Shown here: piece by piece, positions 63,304-64,000 of the stretch
Layout of the letters: each line of letters begins with the position of its first letter
How positions within the stretch are numbered: the first letter of the stretch is position 1
Assembly: GCA_964304625.1 (NCBI GenBank)
Contig: OZ199840.1
Coordinates: 8,999,209-9,063,208 of the forward strand
Source: Kudoa neothunni
Taxonomy: Eukaryota > Animalia > Cnidaria
Reading direction: 5' to 3'
DNA: 64,000 nt
Position numbers and translations under genes: made by a program
The notes under the pieces: model-generated
Seen by the model: the letters and a program-made list of their open reading frames with translations, nothing else
Told to the model about the DNA's origin: nothing
Database searches by the model: none

Positions 63304-64000
63304 CCTTCGGAATGCTTTTGGGGTCTATTAGACTCCAAGCCATATTAAAGATTAGTTTTTGCACCCTTCCAATTTTCTAAATATTCCAAATAAATGTTCT
63401 AAAACTTGGTCTATTCTTATAAAATTTCTTACACTGTATGTATATCGAATAAGTGTTGAATTATCATTAATGAATGAAAAACAAAATAAAAATTATACAC
63501 TTGGTGCTTTTAGGGTTGAATAGACCCTAAATTTTATTTTATCGTTTTATGTATAAAATTATAATAAAATGTATCGACGAAATTAAGATTAAAATGAGGT
63601 TAGTTTATATTATTATACACGAACCGTGCTTATTACATATATTATTCTTAATATAGGCCTTTAACGAAATATATTCCATTGAATATAATTCCAACTTCAG
63701 TGAAATCATTGATTCCTCTGATTTTATTGATTCTGCCACTGATTTATCTGAATATGATGACAAAAATCTCGGATTTGGGTTGGAGAAGCTTTAAAAACCT
63801 CCAAAATACGAGAAGAAATCTTTTTAAATAAGCCTATGATCTTACGAATGTTTCAGCTCTAATTATATTTCATATTTCATATAACGGATTTTTTGGCATT
63901 TTTTACAGAAATGTTGCCTGCAATGCCAATACGTTTGAGTTTTATTATTATAATCTTATAATCATTGCTGCAAAGAGTTTTCAGTGATTGAAAATGGTTA
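63304..64000. mobile_element. piggyBac-like element end, cut by the window edge
   Basis: TTAA|CCTTCGGAATGCTTTTGGGGTCTATTAGACTCCAA carries the same subterminal GGGGTC..AGAC motif as the 54609 element; a second copy lies at about 63510-63530. Confidence 0.65.

Overview
AT-rich eukaryotic nuclear DNA with standard genetic code and very short GT-AG introns (mostly 36-55 nt). It is probably from a fast-evolving animal, but the taxon cannot be assigned from this window. Two housekeeping genes bracket the window: COQ5 (1897-3003, minus) and a divergent beta-COP/COPB1 (59086 to at least 61990, minus, N-terminus not seen). Between them lies a roughly 50-kb block rich in DNA transposons whose recognisable host genes all encode secreted or surface proteins. 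These are: (i) two copies, 22.3 kb apart, of a ~23-exon, ~1,900-aa type I membrane protein made of tandem Cys-rich fibronectin-III-like modules, with a mosaic of identical and strongly diverged blocks between the copies; (ii) two paralogous Thr/Pro mucin-like type I membrane proteins with independently expanded repeats; (iii) a secreted five-Kunitz-domain protein with stripped disulfides and an acidic tail. The rest is decayed and often nested elements: Mutator/MULE, hAT (Buster/SPIN type), piggyBac, Tigger/pogo and Helitron-like non-autonomous elements. Several frameshifts are single-base homopolymer differences and may be sequencing errors. All gene models and alignments were done by eye.
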